From: an uncultured Veillonellaceae bacterium
GTDB lineage: Bacteria > Bacillota > Negativicutes > UBA1444
DNA: 64,000 nucleotides
Reading direction: 5' to 3'
Assembly: GCA_964521625.1 (NCBI GenBank)
Contig: CAZFSM010000018.1
Coordinates: forward strand, 10,479-74,478
The notes below the pieces were generated by a model. That model saw nothing but the letters and a program-made list of their open reading frames with translations, ran no database searches and had not been told where the DNA came from. Position numbers and translations under genes: made by a program. Below are positions 28,433 to 36,975 of this stretch, piece by piece. Numbering within the stretch: position 1 is the stretch's first letter; each line of letters begins with the position of its first letter.

Positions 28433-29542
28433 ATGAGTAACAAAGAAGCAAGAATTCAGGAAACTTATGCTGCATTGCATGCCATGCCGGAAGTTGGGTT
28501 TGAGGAAGTAAAAACCTCGGCCTGGCTGGCCGAAAAAATTAAGGCAGCAGGATTTGCCGTGACAACGGCTGTCGGCGGAACCGGCATCGTTGCCGTTCTG
28601 AATGGCAAAGAGCCCGGGCCGGTCGTCGCGGTGCGAGCCGACATGGACGCTTTGGCGCATGTTGTTGACGGACAAGACGTTTGCGTGCATTCCTGTGGAC
28701 ATGACGCTCACTGCACGATGGTGCTCACGGCAGCGGAAGAACTGGCTGCTGCAGGGATTGCCCGCGGCACACTGAAGATTCTGTTTCAACCTGCTGAAGA
28801 AAAGCTGTTCGGCGCGACCAGCATGATTGAAGCCGGTGTGCTGGATGACGTGGACATTGTTCTGGGCATCCACTTGCGGCCGATTCAGGAGGCCAAATCA
28901 GGCCAGGCTACACCAGCATTGTACCACGGGTCCAGTTATATCATGGAAGCGACGATTAGCGGGCAAACGGCTCATGGCGCCAGGCCGCATCTCGGGGTTA
29001 ACGCAATCGACGCAGCAGCGGCGGTGATCAATGCGATCAATGCGATCCATATCAACCCGGTGATCCCGGCAACTTGCAAAGTAACCCGGCTGCAGGCCGG
29101 AGGGGCGACTCTCAATCAAATTCCAGACCGCGCAGAGCTGGCGCTGGATTTGCGGGCGCAGCAAAATGATGCGATGAAGGATTTGCTGGTTAAAGCGGAA
29201 AATGCTGTAAAAACTGGTGCGGCAACGGTTGGCGCTACGGCGGTTACTGTTGTCAAGGGCGGCGTTCCTGCCGCGGAGTATCATCCGGAAGTCATTGATC
29301 TGGCGCGGGAAGCGATTCTTGCCGTCCTCGGTGAAGCAGGGCTTCTGGCTCCAATCGTGACGCCGGGCGGCGAAGATTTCCACAATTTCGTTCAGGCCAA
29401 ACCTTCGTTGAAGGCCGGGTATATTGGACTTGGTTGTGATTTAACTCCCGGATTGCACGATCCGTCGATGAAGTTCGATCGTTCGGCAATGATTAATGGC
29501 GTTGAGATTCTTGAGTATATGGTCGGTAAATTACTGAGATAG
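28433..29542 (+). CDS. M20-family amidohydrolase
   Basis: LHAMPEVGFEE, RADMDAL, HSCGHDAH, FQPAEE, GEDF, LHDP. Confidence 0.93.
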   Translation: MSNKEARIQETYAALHAMPEVGFEEVKTSAWLAEKIKAAGFAVTTAVGGTGIVAVLNGKEPGPVVAVRADMDALAHVVDGQDVCVHSCGHDAHCTMVLTAAEELAAAGIARGTLKILFQPAEEKLFGATSMIEAGVLDDVDIVLGIHLRPIQEAKSGQATPALYHGSSYIMEATISGQTAHGARPHLGVNAIDAAAAVINAINAIHINPVIPATCKVTRLQAGGATLNQIPDRAELALDLRAQQNDAMKDLLVKAENAVKTGAATVGATAVTVVKGGVPAAEYHPEVIDLAREAILAVLGEAGLLAPIVTPGGEDFHNFVQAKPSLKAGYIGLGCDLTPGLHDPSMKFDRSAMINGVEILEYMVGKLLR

Positions 29543-29565
29543 CAAATTGCAACTTAACACCAATC

Positions 29566-29594
29566 GCCCCGGTTTTTGCCGGGGCCATTTTTTT
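29566..29594 (+). terminator. Intrinsic terminator
   Basis: GCCCCGG-tttttg-CCGGGGC followed by T7. Confidence 0.8.
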
Positions 29595-29673
29595 GCAGGG
29601 CTTTGCTTTGCTTTCACAGAATATAAATAAAATATAGTTGCGGCTTCGGACTGCAACAACTGAAGGAGGGGTA

Positions 29674-30315
29674 ATGATGGCAAGAACAAGGTTGCAGAAG
29701 TGGTTGCTTGGATGCCTGACAGTTCTGTTCCTGGTTTCATCAATCCTAGTGGCGGAAGCTGCCGTACTCCAAAATAACGCCAGTTATTACATTGACACCA
29801 AACACAGTCTGTCGGCGGCTTTCAAAGCGGGCACGTCAGCATCATTCCGGCCGGACGGCAGTGTATCTTCCGGCACGATTTTGCACAATACCAGCTTGTA
29901 TATCAGTGAGAATCGAAGCTTGTCGGCTGCTTTCAAAGCAGGGACGGCGACCTCGTTCAGCCCGGCGGGGAGTGTGACGACTGGAACATTGCAGTACAAT
30001 ACCAGTTTGTATATCAGCGCGAACGGGAGTCTGTCGGCGGCTTTTATGGCAGAGAAAGAAACGTCGTTTAGTCCGGCGGGAAGTGTGACGACTGGAACAT
30101 TGCAGTACAATACCAGCCTGTACATTAGCACGAATCGGAGCCTGTCGGCGGCTTTCAAGGCGGGAGAACCGGTTTCGTTCCGTGAAGAAGGAAGTGTATT
30201 GAGCGGCACGTTGCAGTACAATACCAGCCTGTATACGAATACAGCACATTCCCAATCGGCTTCATTCCGGGCGGGGACAGTAGTGACGTTCCGACCGGAC
30301 GGCAGCGTTCAGTAA
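29674..30315 (+). CDS. Secreted protein made of five 37-aa tandem repeats
   Basis: Signal peptide ending AEA; unit LQYNTSLYISxNxSLSAAFKAGxxxSFxPxGSVxxGT; AGGAGG SD. Confidence 0.85.
   Translation: MMARTRLQKWLLGCLTVLFLVSSILVAEAAVLQNNASYYIDTKHSLSAAFKAGTSASFRPDGSVSSGTILHNTSLYISENRSLSAAFKAGTATSFSPAGSVTTGTLQYNTSLYISANGSLSAAFMAEKETSFSPAGSVTTGTLQYNTSLYISTNRSLSAAFKAGEPVSFREEGSVLSGTLQYNTSLYTNTAHSQSASFRAGTVVTFRPDGSVQ
29767..30312 (+). repeat. 111-bp coding tandem repeat, about five copies
   Basis: AATACCAGyyTGTA and TGTCGGCkGCTTT recur at 111-nt intervals. Confidence 0.9.
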
Positions 30316-30345
30316 AGTTTTCGCAGACAGACAATAGTGGCTATT

Positions 30346-30383
30346 AAAGGGGCTGTCTCCATTGAAGTGGAGGCAGCCCCTTT
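30346..30383. terminator. Bidirectional terminator
   Basis: AAAGGGGCTGTCTCCA-ttgaag-TGGAGGCAGCCCCTTT between convergent genes. Confidence 0.8.
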
Positions 30384-30434
30384 CAAATTTGGCGATGGAT
30401 TAAAGACTGCGGACAGCACTGGACGGGAGCTGTG

Positions 30435-31151
30435 CTAATTGAAAATGCGAATGGCATGCGAAAGCTGGCGGCGATACCAGCCGGTGAAGTGGCGAATAGC
30501 AACCTGCCCGTCGGTGGAGTCAATAATATGCCCATCATCAATGAAAATGATTGCATGGACAATTTCGGTTTTTTGCGGATTGGCGATATAGATGATATCT
30601 CCTGCCATAAAAGGACCTTCGGCGCCAATTTTGTGCATGCCTGGATGCACGGCAAATCCAGGCCGCGGTTTCATAGCGGCCTGGCTGGCTACGTCGCTGT
30701 TTAGAATAACGCCAAAGCCGAAATTATAGACCCAGGCAGTAAAATTGCTGCAGTCCAGACCGGGACCGGTCAAGCCATGCTGATCGGTCGATTCCGGCGA
30801 CCAGGCCGGGATGTGGTGGTGCCGGTAAGGCAGGCCGATATAGTGTTTGGCGATGGCAACCACCCGGTCGCGTTTCCATTGAGTCAAGTCGGTTCCATGC
30901 GGCAAGGATTCCAGCGTTTCTTCGATACCGGGATATTTGGCCGGCATCGGTCCCCACAACGAGGCCAACATTCTTGAACCATACCACTGGGACTTGGGCA
31001 CATCGGTTTGCGGTAGCATAGAACGGTGAGAAAAGTCGCGTAGTAAAGAAGCTTCGTATTCAGGCGTTCCCCGCTGCAAACCGGCTGCGTCGCCAGGCAA
31101 AGTGGATACGAAAAGACACAGTAAAATCAGCGCAAAGACAGTTTTTTTCAT
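30435..31151 (-). CDS. Secreted NlpC/P60 (C40) cysteine peptidase
   Basis: Signal peptide; AKHYIGLPY, GLDCSNFTAWVY, GDIIY, VHAII, IDST. Confidence 0.88.
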   Translation of the reverse strand: MKKTVFALILLCLFVSTLPGDAAGLQRGTPEYEASLLRDFSHRSMLPQTDVPKSQWYGSRMLASLWGPMPAKYPGIEETLESLPHGTDLTQWKRDRVVAIAKHYIGLPYRHHHIPAWSPESTDQHGLTGPGLDCSNFTAWVYNFGFGVILNSDVASQAAMKPRPGFAVHPGMHKIGAEGPFMAGDIIYIANPQKTEIVHAIIFIDDGHIIDSTDGQVAIRHFTGWYRRQLSHAIRIFN

Positions 31152-31200
31152 AGTGGCAGCACTCCTCTAGCCAAGTTAATCAAGGCGATGTTATATTGTT

Positions 31201-32289
31201 CTATTCGATGGAAATGATCCAATAAACGGACATGAACTCGTCCAGAGGCATTGTAAAGACTCCATGCTTGCGTGCGTAGCCGTTTTGGATGCCAGGAGGG
31301 CCCTTGGGCGTGAATTCATCACCCCATGGATTCCAGATAGTAAGCATGTCCGAAGTTTTATCAAATCCTAAGATGGCGTAGACATGATCGCCGGCAATGC
31401 TGTGGGCGATTGAATGCGCAGGAGTAAGCGCCTGGGACATCAGCTTGCGCTCCTGCATCCGAATCAGGGCATCGCGGACTTCGTGCCGTGCTGGTTTCCG
31501 ATTCAGGTAGATAACCGTAGGCGTCGCACCGGTCCAAATCGCTTCGATTCTTGCAGGTCCGCCGCCGAGTGCGATGTTGTACGCTGTCTCGACATGGTTG
31601 TCTACTCTTTTTGTGTAGTTGGGCAATATGGCACCGACAGCTTTTTCAAGCACCGTTACCCATAGCCCGTCAGTGATGGTAACGGCAGAATTGAAAAACA
31701 AGATTTCCGCATCGGTTGGCTCAGTGACCACGGTTTGCGATCCATTGGGAAATTTCACCCGATATTGTCCATTTGGTTCTGCAACAATCGACTGCTGGAT
31801 AACTTGCGGACGATACTCCGCCAACCAACCGATACCGGAAAAGAAAAAACAATCGCCGATAGGGCCTTGTTTTAATGCAGAAAAATTCGGTTTGCCTGTT
31901 GCATAAAGGCTGCGGCTTAATTGCGGCAAACTGTCGATAAAGTGAGCATACTGCGTTTGCAGCGTATTGTTGTTGGCGGCCATATCGAGTGCTTGCGCCC
32001 GGGATAGTTGTCCGCTGAAGTGACTGGAGCGCATAGTGCGCGCCAATGCTGCCAGAGCAGCTGCGTCGGTTTCTTTATAGGCAGAGTTGGCCAGTTCGTC
32101 AATCAGATTGTGGTAGCTGACTGTTTCCTGGCCTTGCGACCACGAGGTCCAATTGCGGGAAATTGCGTCCGACAGTGGAGTTGCCGCTTCAGCAGTGCTG
32201 GTTATAGAAAATGCTCCAGGCGCTGACAGGAAATTGCAAAAGAGACATAGTGCCAAACAGGATCGAAGTAATGCTTTCATCAACGCCAC
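31201..32289 (-). CDS. Secreted calpain-like (peptidase C2) cysteine protease
   Basis: QGPIGDCFF (Cys), WVTVLEKA, DHVYAIL (His), IWNPWG (Asn); signal peptide. Confidence 0.88.
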   Translation of the reverse strand: MALMKALLRSCLALCLFCNFLSAPGAFSITSTAEAATPLSDAISRNWTSWSQGQETVSYHNLIDELANSAYKETDAAALAALARTMRSSHFSGQLSRAQALDMAANNNTLQTQYAHFIDSLPQLSRSLYATGKPNFSALKQGPIGDCFFFSGIGWLAEYRPQVIQQSIVAEPNGQYRVKFPNGSQTVVTEPTDAEILFFNSAVTITDGLWVTVLEKAVGAILPNYTKRVDNHVETAYNIALGGGPARIEAIWTGATPTVIYLNRKPARHEVRDALIRMQERKLMSQALTPAHSIAHSIAGDHVYAILGFDKTSDMLTIWNPWGDEFTPKGPPGIQNGYARKHGVFTMPLDEFMSVYWIISIE

Positions 32290-33042
32290 CTATGGTTGCT
32301 TGCCTTTTGGCATGTTTTTCATCATCGCATTCATGTCCTGGATTTTAGCACCGGCCGGCAGTTTGAACAGATCGGCCGATTGGGCGCCGATTTTCATGTT
32401 TTTGTATTCAATCGTCATCTTTTCGCCTTTCTTGCTGATGATTTCCTGCTTCATCGGCAGGCCATAATCTTCACGCAACCACATTTTGGCGGTAGCGCCG
32501 TCCTCCTTGTCGGTAAAAGACACGACGCGGCATTTGACGCCTTCATACATGACCGTTTCAATGACTTTGATCGAATCCTTGACCATCTGATCCTCATAGT
32601 TGGTCGGGTTTTCCGGCTTGCCTTCCATGCCTTGCGGCAGGTCCTTGCCAGAGAACTTCATCGCAGTGTCCGATTCGGGGTCGTACATGTAAGTGGTGTC
32701 GCCATCGACAATCGTAATCACTTTTTTGCCTTCGAACGAATTTTCCACACGCATTTTATCTTTGCTGCTCCACAGCTTGCTGGTATTGGAGAAGCCGGGT
32801 GCAGTCATGACCATGTCGTAAGAAAAGCCGGGCGCCTGTTTTGCTTTCATCATGACTGCCGCGAGAGTTTCTTCGGCGGCGGGGGACGGAGTGGCCGGTG
32901 CCGCAGCCGGAGTGGCCGGTGCCGCAGCCGGAGTGGCCGGTTTGTCGGCTGCTTTCTTATCACCGCCGCAGCCAGCCAGAAGTCCGGTTACAAGAGTCAG
33001 CGTCAGCAAGACAATAAGCAGTAGTGGCTTGTTTTTCATCAT
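32290..33042 (-). CDS. Lipoprotein with LolA-like/DUF4412-like beta domain and Pro/Ala linker
   Basis: Lipobox LAGC; PAAAPAT repeats; KMRVE, MWL..DYGLPMK, DLFKLPAG. Confidence 0.75.
   Translation of the reverse strand: MMKNKPLLLIVLLTLTLVTGLLAGCGGDKKAADKPATPAAAPATPAAAPATPSPAAEETLAAVMMKAKQAPGFSYDMVMTAPGFSNTSKLWSSKDKMRVENSFEGKKVITIVDGDTTYMYDPESDTAMKFSGKDLPQGMEGKPENPTNYEDQMVKDSIKVIETVMYEGVKCRVVSFTDKEDGATAKMWLREDYGLPMKQEIISKKGEKMTIEYKNMKIGAQSADLFKLPAGAKIQDMNAMMKNMPKGKQP
32887..32941 (-). repeat. 21-bp tandem repeat encoding PATPAAA linker
   Basis: CGGAGTGGCCGGTGCCGCAGC about 2.6 copies. Confidence 0.85.
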
Positions 33043-33349
33043 ACAACAGCTCCTTTAAAGATAGAATCGTAGTACATCCCGGTTTTTCCTCCGATAAATG
33101 GAATTTATTTGTATATTCGCCATAAACATTGCTATTCCTTTGATTTGTTGATGATGAGTACAGATGCTTGTAAAAAAGGCCGAGGTAAAAATGATAGATA
33201 TAAAACAAACCGAAAAAATTGTAAAATAATACAATAATAAAGGAAAATGTGATATAGTATTTTCGTATTCGTTTCCTAGTCATGACTAAACAAAGAGCGG
33301 ATGCCTGAACAGGAGACACTCAGCGAAAGCACAGAATTGAATTGTGTTA

Positions 33350-33437
33350 GGGATCGTATCGGCAAACCTGCTAAAAAGTAGGGACGCAAAGCCTTGGGTC
33401 TAAGGGTGGTGACACCTATGATTGCCAGGTTGCAGGA
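33350..33437 (+). ncRNA. c-di-GMP-I (GEMM) riboswitch aptamer
   Basis: GGCAAACCTGCT-aaaa-AGTAGGGACGCAAAGCCTTGGGTCTAAGG...TATGATTGCCAGGTTGC matches the GEMM layout; G at the Vc2 G20-equivalent position. Confidence 0.9.
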
Positions 33438-33445
33438 CTTCTTGG

Positions 33446-33480
33446 CAGGGATGGATTGCAATCTGTCCCTCTGTTTTTTT
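33446..33480 (+). terminator. Riboswitch expression-platform terminator
   Basis: AGGGATGGAT-tgca-ATCTGTCCCT followed by T7 just before the downstream SD. Confidence 0.75.
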
Positions 33481-33507
33481 ATTAACCAAAATTTAGGTGG
33501 TGTGGTT

Positions 33508-34365
33508 TTGAGAAAAAGGCTCTATTGTTGTTTTGGTGCGGTTATATTGTTGTTGAGTGTTGGTTGTGGGCAAAACATAAAAGAACAGCAACGGCAGGGC
33601 GGCCCAATTGACTCGAACCGTTTGCTGATAGCCGGTTCCGGATCGAATCTTTCGTTGACGCGGGCTTTGGCATCAGAGTATTTCCGTCAATCCGGCAATA
33701 AACTCGAAATTCCCGGCAGCATTGGCACGACAGGGGCAGTGAAGGCAACCAGTGAAGGCGCCATAATGTTGGGACTAGCCTCGCGGGCGCTTACGCCGGA
33801 TGAAACGGCGCAAGGATTGAAGCAAATACACTATGCATCAATTGGACTAGCGATTGCCGTAAACTCATCTGTTCCGGATATGGATTTGGATAATCATGCA
33901 TTAGTTCAAATATATGCGGGAGAAAAAACGGCGTGGAGTAATGGTGCGGGAGTCGTTGCATTATGCATGTACGAGGCGGATTCAACCAATGATATCTTGC
34001 GAAAACAGGTACCAGGGTTTTCGTCTGTTTTGAAAATAGCCCTGGCGAGAAATGACTGGCGAACTTTGTATAGTGATGGCGCCATGTTGGAAACACTGAC
34101 CAAGACGCCCAATGCAATCGGCTTTGTTGATGCAGCGACTTTGGCAGAAAAAACGGGATTTGTGAAAGCGTTAAAAATGAATGGCATAGAAATGAATTTT
34201 GAGAATCTAAGTTCTGGACGTTACCCATTGAAAAAGGAGTTGTTCTTCATTTATCGGGAAAAACTGTCGGATGAAGCAAAACGTTTTATCGAGTTTTGTT
34301 TTTCTGATGTAGGTCGCCAAATTATGGTTGCGCATGGGGCAATTCCTGCGCGGCGCAAAGAGTAA
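33508..34365 (+). CDS. PstS-like substrate-binding lipoprotein
   Basis: Lipobox SVGC; IAGSGS, SIGTTGAV, GLASRAL, PNAIGFV, GRYPL; TTG start after AGGTGG. Confidence 0.85.
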   Translation: MRKRLYCCFGAVILLLSVGCGQNIKEQQRQGGPIDSNRLLIAGSGSNLSLTRALASEYFRQSGNKLEIPGSIGTTGAVKATSEGAIMLGLASRALTPDETAQGLKQIHYASIGLAIAVNSSVPDMDLDNHALVQIYAGEKTAWSNGAGVVALCMYEADSTNDILRKQVPGFSSVLKIALARNDWRTLYSDGAMLETLTKTPNAIGFVDAATLAEKTGFVKALKMNGIEMNFENLSSGRYPLKKELFFIYREKLSDEAKRFIEFCFSDVGRQIMVAHGAIPARRKE

Positions 34366-34368
34366 CTA

Positions 34369-36132
34369 ATGCAGGCGACGAAGCTGAAGACATGTCCGCG
34401 GATGCGAATTAAACTCATTGCTTTTATTGTAGCCGCAGTGTTTGCCGTGGCGCCGGCGAGCCTCTATTTTCTTCATGAAATGCAGCATGCTCAAGAGATG
34501 TCTTTGCAGTACAACCAGTTGCTTAGCGAACGTTTGCAACAGGCGATAGCAGAGAACCCAATGCTATGGCAATACTCTGTGCCCAAATTTGTTGAAATTG
34601 ACCGGCATCGCCAATGGTTCCCCGACATCACTGATATTGCAGTCTATGACAGAGATTTTCGGTTGATTCATGCAGAGGTTTCGCACACCCTCGTCGCTGT
34701 TACGGCAATTCCAACCCAGCATAAATTTTTCTATCACGACGAACATTATGGATTTATTCAGACAAAGAGCCGGTTAGACTCAGCATTGCTATGGACGGCG
34801 ATACTATTTTTAATTGGCGGCGCCGTTGGCGGAGCGCTGGGCTATGGCATTTGGGTTTGTTCCAAACGGATGATGCAAGAGGTCGAACGGTCGACGCATG
34901 AACTTTTGCAGGACATGGAAATTCACGACGCAGCAACAGGTGTTTATACCATCGCGTATGTCGGTAAACTGATGATGCATTTGTTTGCCAAGCCGGTAAA
35001 GTTGGTGTCGGTTCTACTAATAGATATTGATTTTTTTCGCAATTACAATGAACTGCACGGCCATGAACAAGGCAATCGGGTATTGCTGGAAGTCAGTCAG
35101 GTGTTGCGGCGCTATTTGCGTGAACATGATATTGCCGGTCGTTTTGGCGGGGAAGAGTTTATTGTTGTTTTACCGGATACACCCATAAAAGACGCTACAA
35201 GTCTGGCTAATCAGATTCGTACCGCAGTAGAAACCTATGATTTTTCCGGTGCTGAGTATCAGCCCCAAGGACGATTGACGGTGAGTATTGGGGTGGCCTC
35301 CAGTGAATCTGCAGCAACCTGCCAGGAGCTCTTCCGACATCTTGACGAGGCGATATACAAAGCAAAGAGTGCAGGTCGAAATTTTGTTTATGCATTTTCC
35401 GCGACAGAGACCGCAAAAAAGCCAGTGGATTATTCCAGCCAATCTCCCGGAATGAAAGCTGAAGTAACACGGAAATTTATTGACCGTTTTTTTCATGGAT
35501 CGGAACAAAGCCTGTCTCAGTTGCATGAACCGACAATAAGGGCATTTTTGAAAGCGCTGGAAATTTGGGACCCGGGGACGGTTCAGCACTGCCTGCGTGT
35601 CAACCGGATCGCTATGGAAATCGCCCATGCCATGGATTTGCCGAAAGCGGATAGCTTAATTCTCAATCTGGGTACGTTATTACACGACATCGGGAAATTG
35701 ACCATCGGGGACACCATTCTGGCGAAACCAGGACCGCTGAGCGAAGCTGAATATGAATTGATGAAAAACCATCCACAGATAGGATTTGATCTGATCAAAA
35801 ATGACCCTGCCCTTCGCAAGGCGGCGGATATTATTGTTATGCATCATGAGCGGTTTGATGGAACCGGCTACCCATTGCAGCTTACCGGTAAACAGATTCC
35901 CTTATTGGCGAGAATTTGCGCCGTGGCTGATGCGATGGATGCTATGCTAACAGACAGGCCATACAGCAAAGGAAGAACAGTGGAAGAAGTTCGTTGGGAG
36001 ATTTTCCGCAACAAAGGCGGGCAATTTGATCCTGAAATTGTTGATGTAGTGCTGGCGGTTGACTGGAATATCTTTCACCATTTATCTGCTATGCCCTGGA
36101 GACAGCTGACAACAGCTTCAGAGAAGGCATGA
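34369..36132 (+). CDS. Membrane-anchored GGDEF plus HD-GYP protein
   Basis: Two TMs; IDIDFF, RFGGEEF, TVSIG; LLHDIGK, HHERFDGTGYP. Confidence 0.93.
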   Translation: MQATKLKTCPRMRIKLIAFIVAAVFAVAPASLYFLHEMQHAQEMSLQYNQLLSERLQQAIAENPMLWQYSVPKFVEIDRHRQWFPDITDIAVYDRDFRLIHAEVSHTLVAVTAIPTQHKFFYHDEHYGFIQTKSRLDSALLWTAILFLIGGAVGGALGYGIWVCSKRMMQEVERSTHELLQDMEIHDAATGVYTIAYVGKLMMHLFAKPVKLVSVLLIDIDFFRNYNELHGHEQGNRVLLEVSQVLRRYLREHDIAGRFGGEEFIVVLPDTPIKDATSLANQIRTAVETYDFSGAEYQPQGRLTVSIGVASSESAATCQELFRHLDEAIYKAKSAGRNFVYAFSATETAKKPVDYSSQSPGMKAEVTRKFIDRFFHGSEQSLSQLHEPTIRAFLKALEIWDPGTVQHCLRVNRIAMEIAHAMDLPKADSLILNLGTLLHDIGKLTIGDTILAKPGPLSEAEYELMKNHPQIGFDLIKNDPALRKAADIIVMHHERFDGTGYPLQLTGKQIPLLARICAVADAMDAMLTDRPYSKGRTVEEVRWEIFRNKGGQFDPEIVDVVLAVDWNIFHHLSAMPWRQLTTASEKA

Positions 36133-36242
36133 TTTTGCGTGGTTTGCTGGAGCAGGATTTTTAAATCATTTGCCGAAAAATATTTTATGGGCAGAAAAGA
36201 GTTATCTTTGCTCAAATTGATTCAGAGAAAGGAGTTTTTGCC

Positions 36243-36812
36243 ATGAACATAAAGCGAACGCTTAAAGTGATAATGCTGGGGATTTTGCTGGTGGGGATCT
36301 TCGCTTCGGTTGCCGGTGCAGCCGGTTTGGAAGAAAAGCGGCAGCACATCCGGGATATTTCGAACAAGACGCTGTTAAAGCTCTACAGCCTGCAGCCAGC
36401 GGCCAGAGGGTATGTGGAAAATGCAGCCGGCTATGCTGTGTTTGGCAACTGGGGTGTAAAACTGGTGTTTATTGGCGGCGGGACAGGCAAAGGCATGGCC
36501 GTAAACAACAGCAACAACAACGAAGTATTCATGGATATGATTACCGGTACGGCTGGATTTGGCCTGGGCGCCAAAACTTATAATGTTGTGTTCATCTTCG
36601 AAAATGAAAAAGCGTTGAATGATTTTACAACCAATGGTTGGCAGTTTGGCGGCCAGGTAACGGCGGCTGCGACCGATAGTGTGTCGGGAGCTGCCTATCA
36701 GGGAGCATTTTCCGTGTCGCCAGGCGTGTGGATGTATGAACTCACCGACAAAGGGCTGGCGCTTGAAATTACGCTCAAAGGCGCAAAATATTCGAAGAAC
36801 GACTTGAACTAA
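36243..36812 (+). CDS. Ysc84/SYLF-like exported lipid-binding protein
   Basis: Signal peptide; AAGYAVF, GGGTGKG, GFGLGAK, WQFGGQVTAAA. Confidence 0.8.
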   Translation: MNIKRTLKVIMLGILLVGIFASVAGAAGLEEKRQHIRDISNKTLLKLYSLQPAARGYVENAAGYAVFGNWGVKLVFIGGGTGKGMAVNNSNNNEVFMDMITGTAGFGLGAKTYNVVFIFENEKALNDFTTNGWQFGGQVTAAATDSVSGAAYQGAFSVSPGVWMYELTDKGLALEITLKGAKYSKNDLN

Positions 36813-36827
36813 CTGCGGATGGTTTCG

Positions 36828-36862
36828 GCAACCCCTCTGAATGATGCAGAGGGGTTGTTTTT
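36828..36862 (+). terminator. Intrinsic terminator
   Basis: GCAACCCCTCTG...CAGAGGGGTTGT plus T tract. Confidence 0.8.
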
Positions 36863-36975
36863 GCGCAGGCTGCAATTTGCGTAATGCCGCACAGCAGGAG
36901 TTTCTGCTTGCAAAAGAGAAGAACATCCCATTAAAGATGATTGGGTCAATAAAGCAATCTGAACAGAGGTGTTAC

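Noticed and set aside
29767-30312. CRISPR array or DGR template/variable repeats
   Set aside because: Units are contiguous 111-bp in-frame coding repeats with no unique spacers; no cas or reverse transcriptase gene in the window
33350-33437. cGAMP-sensing GEMM-Ib riboswitch
   Set aside because: The discriminating position (Vc2 G20 equivalent) is G, not A
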